Positions 9,044 through 18,489 of a stretch of 64,000 nucleotides of DNA are shown here, one piece after another. Made by a program: the position numbers and the translations under genes. Position 1 is the first letter of the stretch. Each line of letters begins with the position of its first letter. This DNA comes from an uncultured Slackia sp. (GTDB lineage: Bacteria > Actinomycetota > Coriobacteriia > Coriobacteriales > Eggerthellaceae): NCBI GenBank assembly GCA_934661005.1, contig CAKUIK010000003.1, positions 998 through 64,997 of the forward strand, given 5' to 3'. Below the pieces are notes generated by a model, which did not search any database, had not been told where the DNA came from, and saw nothing but the letters and a program-made list of their open reading frames with translations.

Positions 9044-9394
9044 ATGAGCGAAGAGCTGTATGTTGACGGACTGGGGCTGGCCCCCGGAGTCATGGAGACC
9101 ATCGTCGCGATCGCGGCCAAAGAGGTTGAGGGCGTTGCCAGCGTTGGCTCGTCTACGTTCACGGGCCTGCGTTCCCGCTTCGCCGCAAAGCCGGCTGGCC
9201 AGGGCATCGATGTGAGCATGAACGAAGAGCAGGGCGTCGATGTCGCCGTGCATATCGACGTGTTCTACGGCAAGCCCATTCCGCAGGTTGCCGAAGCCGT
9301 TCGCCAAACCGTCGCCGATGCCGTGGCAACGCAGGTCGGCTTCACCGTGTCGTCGGTCGATGTCTATGTCGACGGCATTCGTTTCAACAACTAG
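9044..9394 (+). CDS. Asp23/Gls24 family envelope stress protein
   Basis: LAPGVMETIVAIAAKEVEGVASVG...VDVYVDGI. Conserved position upstream of nusB. Confidence 0.85.
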   Translation: MSEELYVDGLGLAPGVMETIVAIAAKEVEGVASVGSSTFTGLRSRFAAKPAGQGIDVSMNEEQGVDVAVHIDVFYGKPIPQVAEAVRQTVADAVATQVGFTVSSVDVYVDGIRFNN

Positions 9395-9415
9395 TTAGCA
9401 AGGGTTCCAATTCGC

Positions 9416-9982
9416 ATGAGCAACGTATCTAAACGAATTCTTGCACGTCGCGCTGCGGTGCAGATTCTGTATCAAAGCGAAATCACCGGCGTGCCCGCCG
9501 ACAAGCTGGTCGAAGAAGGCCTGGTTCCTGAAGAGGCCAAGGCCAACGACTACGCGCGCGAATTGGTGTGCGGCGTTTCCGCCCATCGCGCCGAGCTCGA
9601 CCGCGCGATTGGCGAAAGCTCGCAAAACTGGGCTATCGACCGCATGCCCGTGGTTGATCGCTCCATTCTGCGCCTCGCCGTTTACGAGATGCGCTATGTC
9701 GACGATGTTCCGCAGTCCGTCGCCATTAACGAGGCTGTCGAACTCGCCAAGGCGTTTGGCGGCGAAGACGATTCCCATCGCTTTGTGAACGGCATCTTGG
9801 GCCGCCTGGCTCGCTTGGGCGAGGCCGAGCAGGGTGCCGCCGCAGAATCGACGACCGCGGAGGCTTCGACCGAGGAAGCCCTCGAGACTTCCGCTGAAGC
9901 TGCGCCCGCCGACATTCCCACGATGGGTATTCTTTCCGACTTCAAGCCCGCAGAAGCCGATTCTGCTGAAAGCGCCGAGTAA
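9416..9982 (+). CDS. nusB: Transcription antitermination factor NusB with acidic/Ala-rich C-terminal extension
   Basis: RRAAVQILYQSEI...IDRMPVVDRSILRLAVYEM...VAINEAVELAKAFG...FVNGILG. Confidence 0.9.
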   Translation: MSNVSKRILARRAAVQILYQSEITGVPADKLVEEGLVPEEAKANDYARELVCGVSAHRAELDRAIGESSQNWAIDRMPVVDRSILRLAVYEMRYVDDVPQSVAINEAVELAKAFGGEDDSHRFVNGILGRLARLGEAEQGAAAESTTAEASTEEALETSAEAAPADIPTMGILSDFKPAEADSAESAE

Positions 9983-9990
9983 GGCTCGCC

Positions 9991-10209
9991 ATGGGCTTGG
10001 AATCGCTCGACCGCGAGGCGTTCACGCAGATTCGCGATCGCCTCGATGAAATCGCGACGCAGGTGCGTGGCGACGATATGCCACTCGACGCGGCGCTCGA
10101 TTTGTACGACGAGGCCGTGAAGCTGGGCATGAAGGCGACCGAGTTGCTCGAAACGCTCGACGCTTCCGATAACGATGCGCCCTTTTCGGAGGGCTCGCCG
10201 CAGCGCTAG
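9991..10209 (+). CDS. xseB: Exodeoxyribonuclease VII small subunit
   Basis: 72 aa, helical. FTQIRDRLDEIATQVRGDDMPLDAALDLYDEAVKLGMKATELLE fits the XseB pattern. Sits upstream of dxs as in Firmicutes/Actinobacteria. Confidence 0.7.
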   Translation: MGLESLDREAFTQIRDRLDEIATQVRGDDMPLDAALDLYDEAVKLGMKATELLETLDASDNDAPFSEGSPQR

Positions 10210-10263
10210 TCGCAAGGCATCCGCGAGGTGCCGAATTCGAATACGGAGATTGGGAGTTCCTTA

Positions 10264-12156
10264 ATGGAGAGCCATCGCATTCTCGATATGATTTCGTCCC
10301 CCGCGGACTTAAAGCTCCTCACCAACGAGGAGCTTTCCATACTCGCGTCGGAAATTCGCGAGCAAATCATTATGACCACGTCGAAGACGGGCGGCCATGT
10401 GGCGCCGAGCCTTGGCGTGGTCGAACTTATTCTGGCATGCCATAGCGTGCTCGATTGCCCGCATGACAAGTTGCTTTTCGATGTGGGGCACCAGTCGTAT
10501 GCCCACAAGCTCGTAACGGGCCGCCTGGGCGAATTCGACACCTTGCGCCAGTTCGGCGGTATGTCGGGTTTCCCGAAAGCGAGCGAAAGCGAATACGACG
10601 TGCACCCTTCCGGCCATGCATCCGATTCGGTTTCGGTGGCGCTGGGCCTTGCCATGGCGCGCGATTTGAATGGCGGCGATGAGAAAATCGTCACCATCAT
10701 CGGCGACGCGTCGCTTTCGGGCGGCATGGCGTTTGAAGCTCTCAATCAGCTGGGTCAGTTGCAAACGCCCATGGTTATTATTCTGAACGACAACGAGATG
10801 TCGATTTCGCGCAACGTGGGTGCGTTCGCTCGTTATTTGGGCGAAAAGCGCGCGAGTCGCGAATACACGCGTACGCGCGATTCGGTACAAAGTGCGCTCG
10901 AGGCAAGCGGTCCGCTTGGCCGCGGCCTGGTCGATTTGGGCCGCAACGCGAAAGATTCTTTCAAGCAAATGGTCATTCCGGGTGAAATGCTCTTCGAAAA
11001 GCTCGGCATCACGTGCACGGCGCCCATTCCCGGCCACGATATCGCTGCGCTCAAGCGTGCGCTGCGCGTGTGCCTCGAAGCCGACGGCCCCACGCTTCTG
11101 CATGTGGTTACCAAAAAGGGCAAGGGTTACGGTCCCGCAGAAGAGAACCCCAGCAAGTTCCACGGCATTGGGCCATATGACATCGCGACGGGCGAAGTGA
11201 AGAAGGGCTCAAGTACGGCGCCGAAATATACGAGCGTGTTCTCGAAAGCCATCGTTGCTGAAGCTGAGGCGAATCACGATATCGTCGCTATCACAGCTGC
11301 CATGAAAGACGGTACGGGTCTTGCCGAGTTCGCCGAGAAGTTCCCGAAGCGCTTCATCGATACGGGTATCGCTGAAGAACACGCGGTGGCACTTGCGAGC
11401 GGTTTGGCGCTTGGCGGGAAAAAGCCCGTCGTGTGCATTTACTCGACATTCATGCAGCGCGCGTTTGACCAGCTCGTAATTAATAACGCTCTTGCGAACA
11501 CGAATGTGGTGTTCTGCCTCGATCGCGCAGGGCTCGTGGGCGACGATGGCCCTACGCACCACGGCGTGTTCGATATTGCGTATGGCCGCATGGTGCCTGG
11601 CGTTCGCATGATGGCTCCTTCCGACGAGGTCGAGCTTGTGCATATGCTGCATACGGCATTGACGCTCGAAGGCCCCGTCATGCTTCGTTGGCCGCGCGGT
11701 GAGGCTCGTGGCGTCGAGCTTCCTGCCGAGCCCCAGGTGCTCGAAGAGGGCAAATCGCGCACGACGCGCGAGGGCAGCGATGTGGCGATTCTTGCGTTCG
11801 GCCGCATGGTGCAAGAGGCGGAAGGCGCTGCCGACATGCTTGCCGAACAGGGGATTTCTGTGCGCGTTGTGGATATGCGCTGGGTGAAGCCGTTTGACGA
11901 GGAAGCGGTTCGCAAGGCCGCGGTCGAATGCAAGCTTGTGTGCACGGCAGAAGAGGGCGCCATTGAGGGCGGCATTGGCGAGGGCATTCTCGAGGCGCTC
12001 GCTGCAGACCCGCCGGCTCAGGTTCCTCCCGTGCTCACGTTCGGCATTCCCGACGAATTCGTTGAGCAGGGCAAGGTGTCGCAGTTGCATCATATGCTTG
12101 GCATCGATGCTGAGGGCATGGCGGCTCGCATTCGCGAGAAATATGCGGAGCTGTAG
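10264..12156 (+). CDS. dxs: 1-deoxy-D-xylulose-5-phosphate synthase
   Basis: MESHRILDMISSPADLKLLTNEELSILASEIR...GGHVAPSLGVVELILACH...GDASLSGGMAFEALN. GGGAG RBS before ATG 10264. The track ORF starts at 10228. Confidence 0.93.
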   Translation: MESHRILDMISSPADLKLLTNEELSILASEIREQIIMTTSKTGGHVAPSLGVVELILACHSVLDCPHDKLLFDVGHQSYAHKLVTGRLGEFDTLRQFGGMSGFPKASESEYDVHPSGHASDSVSVALGLAMARDLNGGDEKIVTIIGDASLSGGMAFEALNQLGQLQTPMVIILNDNEMSISRNVGAFARYLGEKRASREYTRTRDSVQSALEASGPLGRGLVDLGRNAKDSFKQMVIPGEMLFEKLGITCTAPIPGHDIAALKRALRVCLEADGPTLLHVVTKKGKGYGPAEENPSKFHGIGPYDIATGEVKKGSSTAPKYTSVFSKAIVAEAEANHDIVAITAAMKDGTGLAEFAEKFPKRFIDTGIAEEHAVALASGLALGGKKPVVCIYSTFMQRAFDQLVINNALANTNVVFCLDRAGLVGDDGPTHHGVFDIAYGRMVPGVRMMAPSDEVELVHMLHTALTLEGPVMLRWPRGEARGVELPAEPQVLEEGKSRTTREGSDVAILAFGRMVQEAEGAADMLAEQGISVRVVDMRWVKPFDEEAVRKAAVECKLVCTAEEGAIEGGIGEGILEALAADPPAQVPPVLTFGIPDEFVEQGKVSQLHHMLGIDAEGMAARIREKYAEL

Positions 12157-12158
12157 GC

Positions 12159-12941
12159 GTGGCGATGAAAACTGCGCAGCCGGGTTCGCCTCGGCCGAAG
12201 AAGCCGAAACAGAAGAAGATTCGTTTGGACGATTTGCTCGTTGAGCGCGGCTATTTCGCCGATAGGGGCGAAGCGTTGCGCGCGGTTCTCGCACATGAGG
12301 TGCGCGCGAATGACGTGTATCCCACAAGCGCCGCGGTATTGGTGAACCCCGATGCCGATGTGTTCGTGCGCAATCGTCGTGCTTATGTGAGCCGTGGCGG
12401 GCATAAGCTCCAAGGGGCGCTCGATGCGTTTGCCCAAGATGTGCGCGGAGCGCGCTGCATCGATGTTGGTTCGTCGACGGGCGGTTTTACCGACTGTCTG
12501 CTTCAGGCGGGCGCCGCTGAAGTCGCGTGTGTCGACGTGAACTACGGACAACTCGCGTGGAAGCTTCGCGAAGATGAACGCGTGCGCGTGTTCGAGCGCA
12601 CGAATATCAAAACGGCCGTTCCTGCCGAGCTTGGCGCGCCGTTCGATATCGTCGTGGCCGATTTGTCGTTCATTGGCCTGGCCGGATTGGCCGACGTATT
12701 CGCTGCACTGTGCGCGCCTGGCACGGTATGTCTGTTGCTCGTGAAACCCCAGTTCGAAAGCGCCCATGACGAAACCGACCGCGGAATCGTGCGCGACGAA
12801 TCGGTTCGACTGCGCGTTGTGAAAGAAGTTTCTGACGCTTTCGCTGCTGTGGGCTTCTCGATTGAGGGTGCGGTGGAAAGCCCCATCAAGGGCGCCGAGG
12901 GCAACGTAGAATACCTGGTGAAGGCCGTATATCAGGCATAG
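12159..12941 (+). CDS. tlyA: TlyA-family rRNA 2'-O-methyltransferase (S4 domain plus FtsJ-like methyltransferase)
   Basis: IRLDDLLVERGYF...YVSRGGHKLQGALDAF...CIDVGSSTGGFTDCLLQ. Confidence 0.88.
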   Translation: MAMKTAQPGSPRPKKPKQKKIRLDDLLVERGYFADRGEALRAVLAHEVRANDVYPTSAAVLVNPDADVFVRNRRAYVSRGGHKLQGALDAFAQDVRGARCIDVGSSTGGFTDCLLQAGAAEVACVDVNYGQLAWKLREDERVRVFERTNIKTAVPAELGAPFDIVVADLSFIGLAGLADVFAALCAPGTVCLLLVKPQFESAHDETDRGIVRDESVRLRVVKEVSDAFAAVGFSIEGAVESPIKGAEGNVEYLVKAVYQA

Positions 12942-13190
12942 GCCACACGCTGCGAGTCCAAGGCACGATGCGCGCGACGAAGCGAACGTCGCATGCGTTG
13001 TCGAGGCGTCGTTCGCGTCATTCGGGCGTTGATTCGCGCGCGGCTGCGCCGTTCGGGTGCCGTTGTTGTTTAGTTGCCGCCGTTGCCACTTACGTATCGC
13101 TGTGCCACTTGAATGCGCCGCCTGATGACACGCAATCGGGTCTAGAACGCTTCTTTCGAATTCGTCTTTCAGGCAATCCATACAGAAAAG

Positions 13191-13218
13191 GACCGCCATA
13201 AAGGGCGGTTTTCTTTTG
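13191..13218 (+). terminator. Short GC stem plus T-tract, ~250 nt downstream of tlyA
   Basis: GACCGCC-ataaag-GGCGGTT followed by TTCTTTTG. Confidence 0.5.
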
Positions 13219-13340
13219 CCGTTTCGCCCCATCTAAAATTAACGATATTAATTCCTAATTAGTATTCCATTTTGCTCACTTTCGTTTTAATATGATACCC
13301 AACAGGTAACATATCGGCAACGATACAAGGGGGTTTGGAA

Positions 13341-14786
13341 ATGGACGCATTGTTCGACGTGGCATTACTTTCGCGAATTCAGTTCGCGGTCACGGTGGCC
13401 TACCATTTCATATTCGTTCCGCTTTCGATAGGCTTGGGCCTTATCACGGCGATTTTTGCGACGAAGTACTATCGAAGCCGCGATGAAAAAGATGGCGCAG
13501 CCATGCATTTCTGGGTGCGCATCTTTACGGCGACGTTCGCCATTGGTGTTGCGACGGGCATCACCATGGAGTTCTCTTTTGGAACCAACTGGGCCGATTA
13601 CTCGCGCTTCGTAGGCGATATTTTCGGCGCGCCGCTTGCTGCCGAAGCTCTGTTCGCCTTCTTCTTGGAATCGGTCTTCCTTGGCGTTTTGCTCTTTGGG
13701 GAAAAGAAGGTGTCGCCTAAGTTCTATACCGTGTCGGCTTGGCTCGTGTGGGCTGGATCGTGTTTGAGCGCGCTGTGGATTCTTATCGCTAACTCTTGGA
13801 TGCAAACGCCGGCCGGCGCGGCGCTCGCGAGCGATGGCTCGAAGGCCGTTATCACCGATTTTCTCGCAGCGGCTTTCAATCCTTCGACCCTGCCGCGCTA
13901 CACGCACGTGATTGTGGCGCTGCTTATTTTGGGTGCGTTCGTGTCTATGGCGGTTGGAGCGTGGTACCTGCTGAAAGGCAAGCATGCCGATTTCGCGATG
14001 AAAACCGTGCGCATCGGCGCTGTTGTGGGCATTGTCGCCTCGTGCGCGATGATTGTGACGGCTCACGCTTCGGCAGTGGAGGTATCGGAAGAACAGCCCA
14101 CGAAGCTCGCCATGATGGAGGGTATGTATAACGACGAAGTGCCGCCGCTGTACGCTTTCGGCTGGGTCGATGAGGAAAGCCAGCGGGTCATCACGCCGTT
14201 CGCGATTCCCGGTGGCACGAGCTTCCTAGCGACGGGCACGTGGGATACCGAATACGCCGGCCTTAATTCGCTCGCCGAAACCGAGAAGTATGGCGAAATG
14301 GATGTCGCAGACATGCCGGTTAATTTGGTATTCCAGTCGTATCACCTGATGGTTGCGATGTATGGACTCATTATGCTCACTGCGATTCTCGCGATTGTGT
14401 TCTCACTGCGCGGTGGGCGCATCGCGAATATGCGTTGGCTGCAGAAGCTCCTTGTTATATCGCCCCTATTTCCGTTTATCGCCATCCAGGTTGGTTGGAT
14501 TACCGCCGAGGTCGGCCGTCAGCCGTGGGTGGTGTATCCATCGACGTCGGGGCCCGATGGCGTGAGCCTTCTCACGAATAATGCCATTTCGCAGGCGGTA
14601 TCGGCTCCCGAGCTGCTGCTTACGCTGGCCCTGTTCGCGGTGGTGTACGTGTTCTTGTTCATTGGTTGGGTGCGTGTGATTTCGCACTTCATTAAGCGCG
14701 GTCCCGTCGATGATGTCATGGTCGCCGAAAGCGCCCCGGTGGCCGAGCCTGCCGCGAAGGCTTGCAATGCGAAGGATGGTGAATAG
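13341..14786 (+). CDS. cydA: Cytochrome bd oxidase subunit I
   Basis: LLSRIQFAVTVAYHFIFVPLSIGL...GWITAEVGRQPWVVY. AAGGGGG RBS before ATG 13341. Confidence 0.93.
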   Translation: MDALFDVALLSRIQFAVTVAYHFIFVPLSIGLGLITAIFATKYYRSRDEKDGAAMHFWVRIFTATFAIGVATGITMEFSFGTNWADYSRFVGDIFGAPLAAEALFAFFLESVFLGVLLFGEKKVSPKFYTVSAWLVWAGSCLSALWILIANSWMQTPAGAALASDGSKAVITDFLAAAFNPSTLPRYTHVIVALLILGAFVSMAVGAWYLLKGKHADFAMKTVRIGAVVGIVASCAMIVTAHASAVEVSEEQPTKLAMMEGMYNDEVPPLYAFGWVDEESQRVITPFAIPGGTSFLATGTWDTEYAGLNSLAETEKYGEMDVADMPVNLVFQSYHLMVAMYGLIMLTAILAIVFSLRGGRIANMRWLQKLLVISPLFPFIAIQVGWITAEVGRQPWVVYPSTSGPDGVSLLTNNAISQAVSAPELLLTLALFAVVYVFLFIGWVRVISHFIKRGPVDDVMVAESAPVAEPAAKACNAKDGE

Positions 14787-14788
14787 CG

Positions 14789-15811
14789 ATGAGCGTTCTT
14801 GCTGTGCTGTGGTTCTTCTTGATATTCGTGCTTATTGCGGGCTATTTCGTGCTCGATGGGTTCGATTTGGGCGTGGGCGTGCTCTACCGTGCGCTCGCGA
14901 AAACCGATTCTGAGCGCGCTCTTGTGCGCCGCAGCATCGGACCTGTGTGGGATGGCAATGAGGTGTGGCTGCTCACGGCGGGCGGCGCGCTGTTCGCCGC
15001 GTTTCCCGCGGCGTATGCCACGACGTTCTCGGGGTTCTATTTGGCCGTTATGCTCGTGCTTTTCGGCCTTATCGTTCGCGCGGTGTCGCTCGAGTTCGGC
15101 GCGCACGATCCCAAATGGAGCCGCGTGTGGGATGCGTGTTTCACGGTTGGGTCGTTTTTGCCGGCGCTCCTGCTGGGCGTAGCGCTTGGCAACGTGATTG
15201 CTGGCGTGCCGCTCGCGGTAAACGGCGACTATGCGGGCGTGCCGCTGCTTGGCTTGCTATCGCCGTTTACGCTTGTCGTTGGCGCGCTGGGGTTTGCGAT
15301 GTGCATGGAGGCGGGCGCCGCATGGGTGTCGCTTAAGACTGAGCGGGCGAGTGCGGTGCATGCGCGTGCGGAAAAGCACCGCCGCGTGTGGCAAATTGCG
15401 GCTCTCGCGTTGTTTGCGGTGGCGACCGTGCTTGCATTTGCCGTGGTGAAGCCGCAGTTTGCTCCGGGTATGTTTGGTGTGGGCGTGATTTTCGCCGTAG
15501 CGTTCGTCGCATGCATCGCGTTGTCGATCGTACAGGCGAAGAAGGGCAACGACCTGGTCGCCTTCGTGCTGCAATCGGCTGCGGCGGTGTGTTTGGTGGC
15601 GTTGGCGGCGGTGTCTTTGTTCCCGAATTTGGTGGTTGCAACGCCGGGGAGCGTGGGTGAATCCATTACCCTTATGAGCGCGGCGTCTTCCGACACCTCG
15701 CTTGCATGGATGACGGGCATTGCGTGCATTGGCGTGCCGTTGGTACTGGTGTACCACGTGATTGCCTACCGGATTTTCAGCGGGCGCCTCGCCGAAGAGG
15801 ACGTGGCATAA
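14789..15811 (+). CDS. cydB: Cytochrome bd oxidase subunit II
   Basis: LWFFLIFVLIAGYFVLDGFDLGVGVLY...WDGNEVWLLTAGGALFAAFP. Confidence 0.93.
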   Translation: MSVLAVLWFFLIFVLIAGYFVLDGFDLGVGVLYRALAKTDSERALVRRSIGPVWDGNEVWLLTAGGALFAAFPAAYATTFSGFYLAVMLVLFGLIVRAVSLEFGAHDPKWSRVWDACFTVGSFLPALLLGVALGNVIAGVPLAVNGDYAGVPLLGLLSPFTLVVGALGFAMCMEAGAAWVSLKTERASAVHARAEKHRRVWQIAALALFAVATVLAFAVVKPQFAPGMFGVGVIFAVAFVACIALSIVQAKKGNDLVAFVLQSAAAVCLVALAAVSLFPNLVVATPGSVGESITLMSAASSDTSLAWMTGIACIGVPLVLVYHVIAYRIFSGRLAEEDVA

Positions 15812-16087
15812 ATGAGCGGCATAAAGAACATGAGGGGCGTTGCTCAAGGGCGCAGGAGCGTTGGTGAAGAGCGGGGAAGCGCCGCCGATGGGCAAAGGGG
15901 TGCATCGGAAAAACGCCTCTACGAGAAGTGGCTGTCGGTGCTCTGCGCAGGTATGGCGATCTTTGGCGTTGGCGTGATGCTCGTGGGCTATAAATCTCCG
16001 ACGGTTGGCTTGGTCGCGACCGTGGCGCTGCTGGTAATCGCATCGTCGCTTCTGGCAATGAAGGCAAAGGCGAACGTGAGGGAATAG
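15812..16087 (+). CDS. Small two-helix membrane protein abutting cydB (function unknown)
   Basis: The ATG directly follows the cydB TAA. The C-terminal half, WLSVLCAGMAIFGVGVMLVGY...LVATVALLVIASSLLAM, is two hydrophobic helices. GAAGAGGA lies upstream. Confidence 0.4.
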   Translation: MSGIKNMRGVAQGRRSVGEERGSAADGQRGASEKRLYEKWLSVLCAGMAIFGVGVMLVGYKSPTVGLVATVALLVIASSLLAMKAKANVRE

Positions 16088-16154
16088 GATTCTGCATTGA
16101 TGGGCGGCTATTCGAACCGCGGTTGGCGTTGCAGCCGATTCCTTTGCAGAAAAG

Positions 16155-16189
16155 AATAGGGCGAGTCGTATCGAGCGGCTCGCCCTATT
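16155..16189. terminator. Stem-loop between convergent cyd and ABC operons (bidirectional terminator candidate)
   Basis: AATAGGGCGAG-13 nt-CTCGCCCTATT. Confidence 0.6.
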
Positions 16190-16239
16190 GCGTTTGGGTC
16201 GGAAACGAGGAAAGCGATGCTTTAGCCGGATGGGCCGGT

Positions 16240-16914
16240 CTACAGGTCTTTCCGCTGGTAAATCGACGTGCTTATAGCGCAGCTGGCAGCGAAGAGCGCA
16301 AGCGATACGACGGTCAACATGGTGAACAAAAAACTTAAGTGGGAATCGGCCCAGACTCCGAAACGTTCAAGGAGCAGGGGATCGATTGCTTGCTCCGCAA
16401 TTGCGAAACAGATGCAACCAGCGAGAACGGCGAAGCACATAAGATAGCGTACGCCTTTCGTGGCGCCGAATTTGATGAGGGGCGGTTCACCAATGGCTAC
16501 CATGATGATGACCGAGAAGGTCGCAGTGAATGACCCTGCGGCTATCTCAATTGTCGGCATCGTTTCGAAATCGTGGATGAACGAAGGCAAAATGGCATTG
16601 AGTGCAATGCCAAGTACTGCCGCGCATGCGGCGGTAGCGAGGGATGCAAGAAGAATCGAGCCATATCGTGCAGCAATGACATCGCGGCGCGAGAAGGGCA
16701 GCGATGCGCGATAACGCCCCCATCCGTTTTGATCGTCATATGAGGCGAGCGAGAGCGTGAGAATCATGGGAACCATGGCGCTTACGCAAGCGGCGGCCGA
16801 AATACAATTGCCTATGGCGAACGTCATAATGGCGCAAATGGGCACGAGTATCACGGCGAACGCCGGCATGAAGGTGCTCAAGATGGCAAATTCCGATTTC
16901 AATGCCGCTTTCAT
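16240..16914 (-). CDS. ABC-2 type transporter permease
   Basis: 224 aa with about 6 TM helices. Its start overlaps the upstream ATPase stop by 4 nt. Confidence 0.75.
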   Translation of the reverse strand: MKAALKSEFAILSTFMPAFAVILVPICAIMTFAIGNCISAAACVSAMVPMILTLSLASYDDQNGWGRYRASLPFSRRDVIAARYGSILLASLATAACAAVLGIALNAILPSFIHDFETMPTIEIAAGSFTATFSVIIMVAIGEPPLIKFGATKGVRYLMCFAVLAGCICFAIAEQAIDPLLLERFGVWADSHLSFLFTMLTVVSLALFAASCAISTSIYQRKDL

Positions 16915-17792
16915 TGCGCAGCTCCTTTCAGCATAAAACGCAGGTAGTCTTCTATGGAGGCGTGGTCGCAGGGGATTTCGGGGAATGCTTCGGCGAATTC
17001 GAATCGATTAGGAACAAGCACGTCGCAGTTGAATTCGCGGTGCTCGGCGCGTGCTTCCTCGACGCATGCAAGAATCGCACGGGCCTGCTCTGCAGTGCAA
17101 TGAGCGATGCCTGCCATGTCGGTAATTTCCTCGCGAGGCATATCGAAAATGATGCGGCCGCCATCGATGCCCACAACGCGATCGGCGATGCGGTCCAAAT
17201 CGCTTGTGATGTGGCTTGACAGCAGCACGCCGCGATTGTCCTGGACGGTGAATTCGCGCAAAATGGTGAGCGTTTCATCGCGAGCGATGGGGTCGAGCCC
17301 CGCAGTGGCTTCGTCGAGCACGAGCAAATCGGCCTTATGCGAAAGCGCCACGGCGAGTTGCAGCTTCATGCCCATGCCGCGGGAGAGGTCCTTCACTTTC
17401 GCCTTGCGCGCGAGTGAAAAGCGTTCGGCGAGGTGCCAGAACTGTGCTCTATCCCAGGCGGGAAAGGCGAGCGCGAGGCAGCGCTCCACCTGTGCAATAG
17501 TGAATTCCGTCGGATAGGGGCACGTGTCGAACACCACTCCGATGCGCGAGCGCACGCGGCGCTGTGCGCTGTCGGGCACGTTCGGGCCGAAGGGCTCGCC
17601 GAGCAGGCGCACCTCGCCGGCGTCAAGTTTCATGAGCCCCAACGCGGCTCGAATGGTTGTGGTTTTGCCCGCGCCGTTTGCGCCGACGAAACCGACGACC
17701 TCGCCTGGCGCTACGGCAAGGTTCACGTTGCACAGCGCGAAGCTGTCACCAATCTTGCGCTGTGCATCTTTGATTTCCAAAAGGTTCGTCAT
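16911..17792 (-). CDS. ABC transporter ATP-binding protein
   Basis: Walker A GANGAGKTT, signature LSRGMGMKLQ, Walker B LLVLDEAT. Confidence 0.9.
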   Translation of the reverse strand: MTNLLEIKDAQRKIGDSFALCNVNLAVAPGEVVGFVGANGAGKTTTIRAALGLMKLDAGEVRLLGEPFGPNVPDSAQRRVRSRIGVVFDTCPYPTEFTIAQVERCLALAFPAWDRAQFWHLAERFSLARKAKVKDLSRGMGMKLQLAVALSHKADLLVLDEATAGLDPIARDETLTILREFTVQDNRGVLLSSHITSDLDRIADRVVGIDGGRIIFDMPREEITDMAGIAHCTAEQARAILACVEEARAEHREFNCDVLVPNRFEFAEAFPEIPCDHASIEDYLRFMLKGAAQ

Positions 17793-17804
17793 GATGCCGC
17801 CTTT

Positions 17805-18185
17805 CTATTCCAGCGTTTCGGGGGCTACGAGGTCGAGCGCCTTGTGCATATCGGCGCGGGTGACGCCGAGCGTTTCGGCGAGCGCCGCCGCTTGTGCGAG
17901 CAGTGCCTCCATGCGCCGCAACTCCTCTTCGCGCAGAAGTCCCTGATTGCCCGCTGCGACGAAGCAGCCCTTGCCCTGCACGGTTTCGATGAAGCCCGCT
18001 TCCTCCAAATCGGAGTAGGCGCGCTTGGTGGTAATGACGCTTACGCCGAGGCCGTTTGCAAGCGCGCGGATCGATGGCAGCTTCTCGCCGCTCACCAACG
18101 TGCCCGCCAAAATATGCGCTCGAATCTGCGACGCGATTTGCTCGTAGATGGGCTTGTCGCTCGAGTTGGATAGGATGATGTCCAC
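17805..18185 (-). CDS. GntR-family (YtrA-type, short) transcriptional regulator
   Basis: PIYEQIASQIRAHILAGTLVSGEKLPSIRALANGLGVSVITTKRAYSDLEEAGFI. AAAGGA RBS before GTG at 18185. The longer track ORF (to 18272) has no RBS. Confidence 0.85.
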   Translation of the reverse strand: MDIILSNSSDKPIYEQIASQIRAHILAGTLVSGEKLPSIRALANGLGVSVITTKRAYSDLEEAGFIETVQGKGCFVAAGNQGLLREEELRRMEALLAQAAALAETLGVTRADMHKALDLVAPETLE

Positions 18186-18199
18186 GATGGTTCCTTTAC

Positions 18200-18233
18200 G
18201 TGTATATAACCGGTAAGCACAGTATATATACAC
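18200..18233. promoter_or_regulatory. Inverted repeat GTGTATATA-N16-TATATACAC; candidate YtrA-type operator
   Basis: Located 15-48 nt upstream of the GntR start on the coding strand. Confidence 0.5.
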
Positions 18234-18489
18234 TATGCACAGTTGCGCAAGGGGGCGTTTTGCTTTTTTCAATCGGGCTGGTGCGGTGCGTGCAAAGGCT
18301 TTCGCTTCGCGATTTCTCGGCTTGGATAAATTGCGAGTGTATCGTGGGCGATATGCGGGAATATTGCTCGAGGCTGAGGGAGAATTCTTTACGCCGTAAA
18401 AAGAAACAACCCAGCAAGCCGAGCATCACGTGCCTTTGCGGGGCTGTCTTCGAAACACGGTGGGTGTTAGTGTGGGGTTTGGAGCGCGC

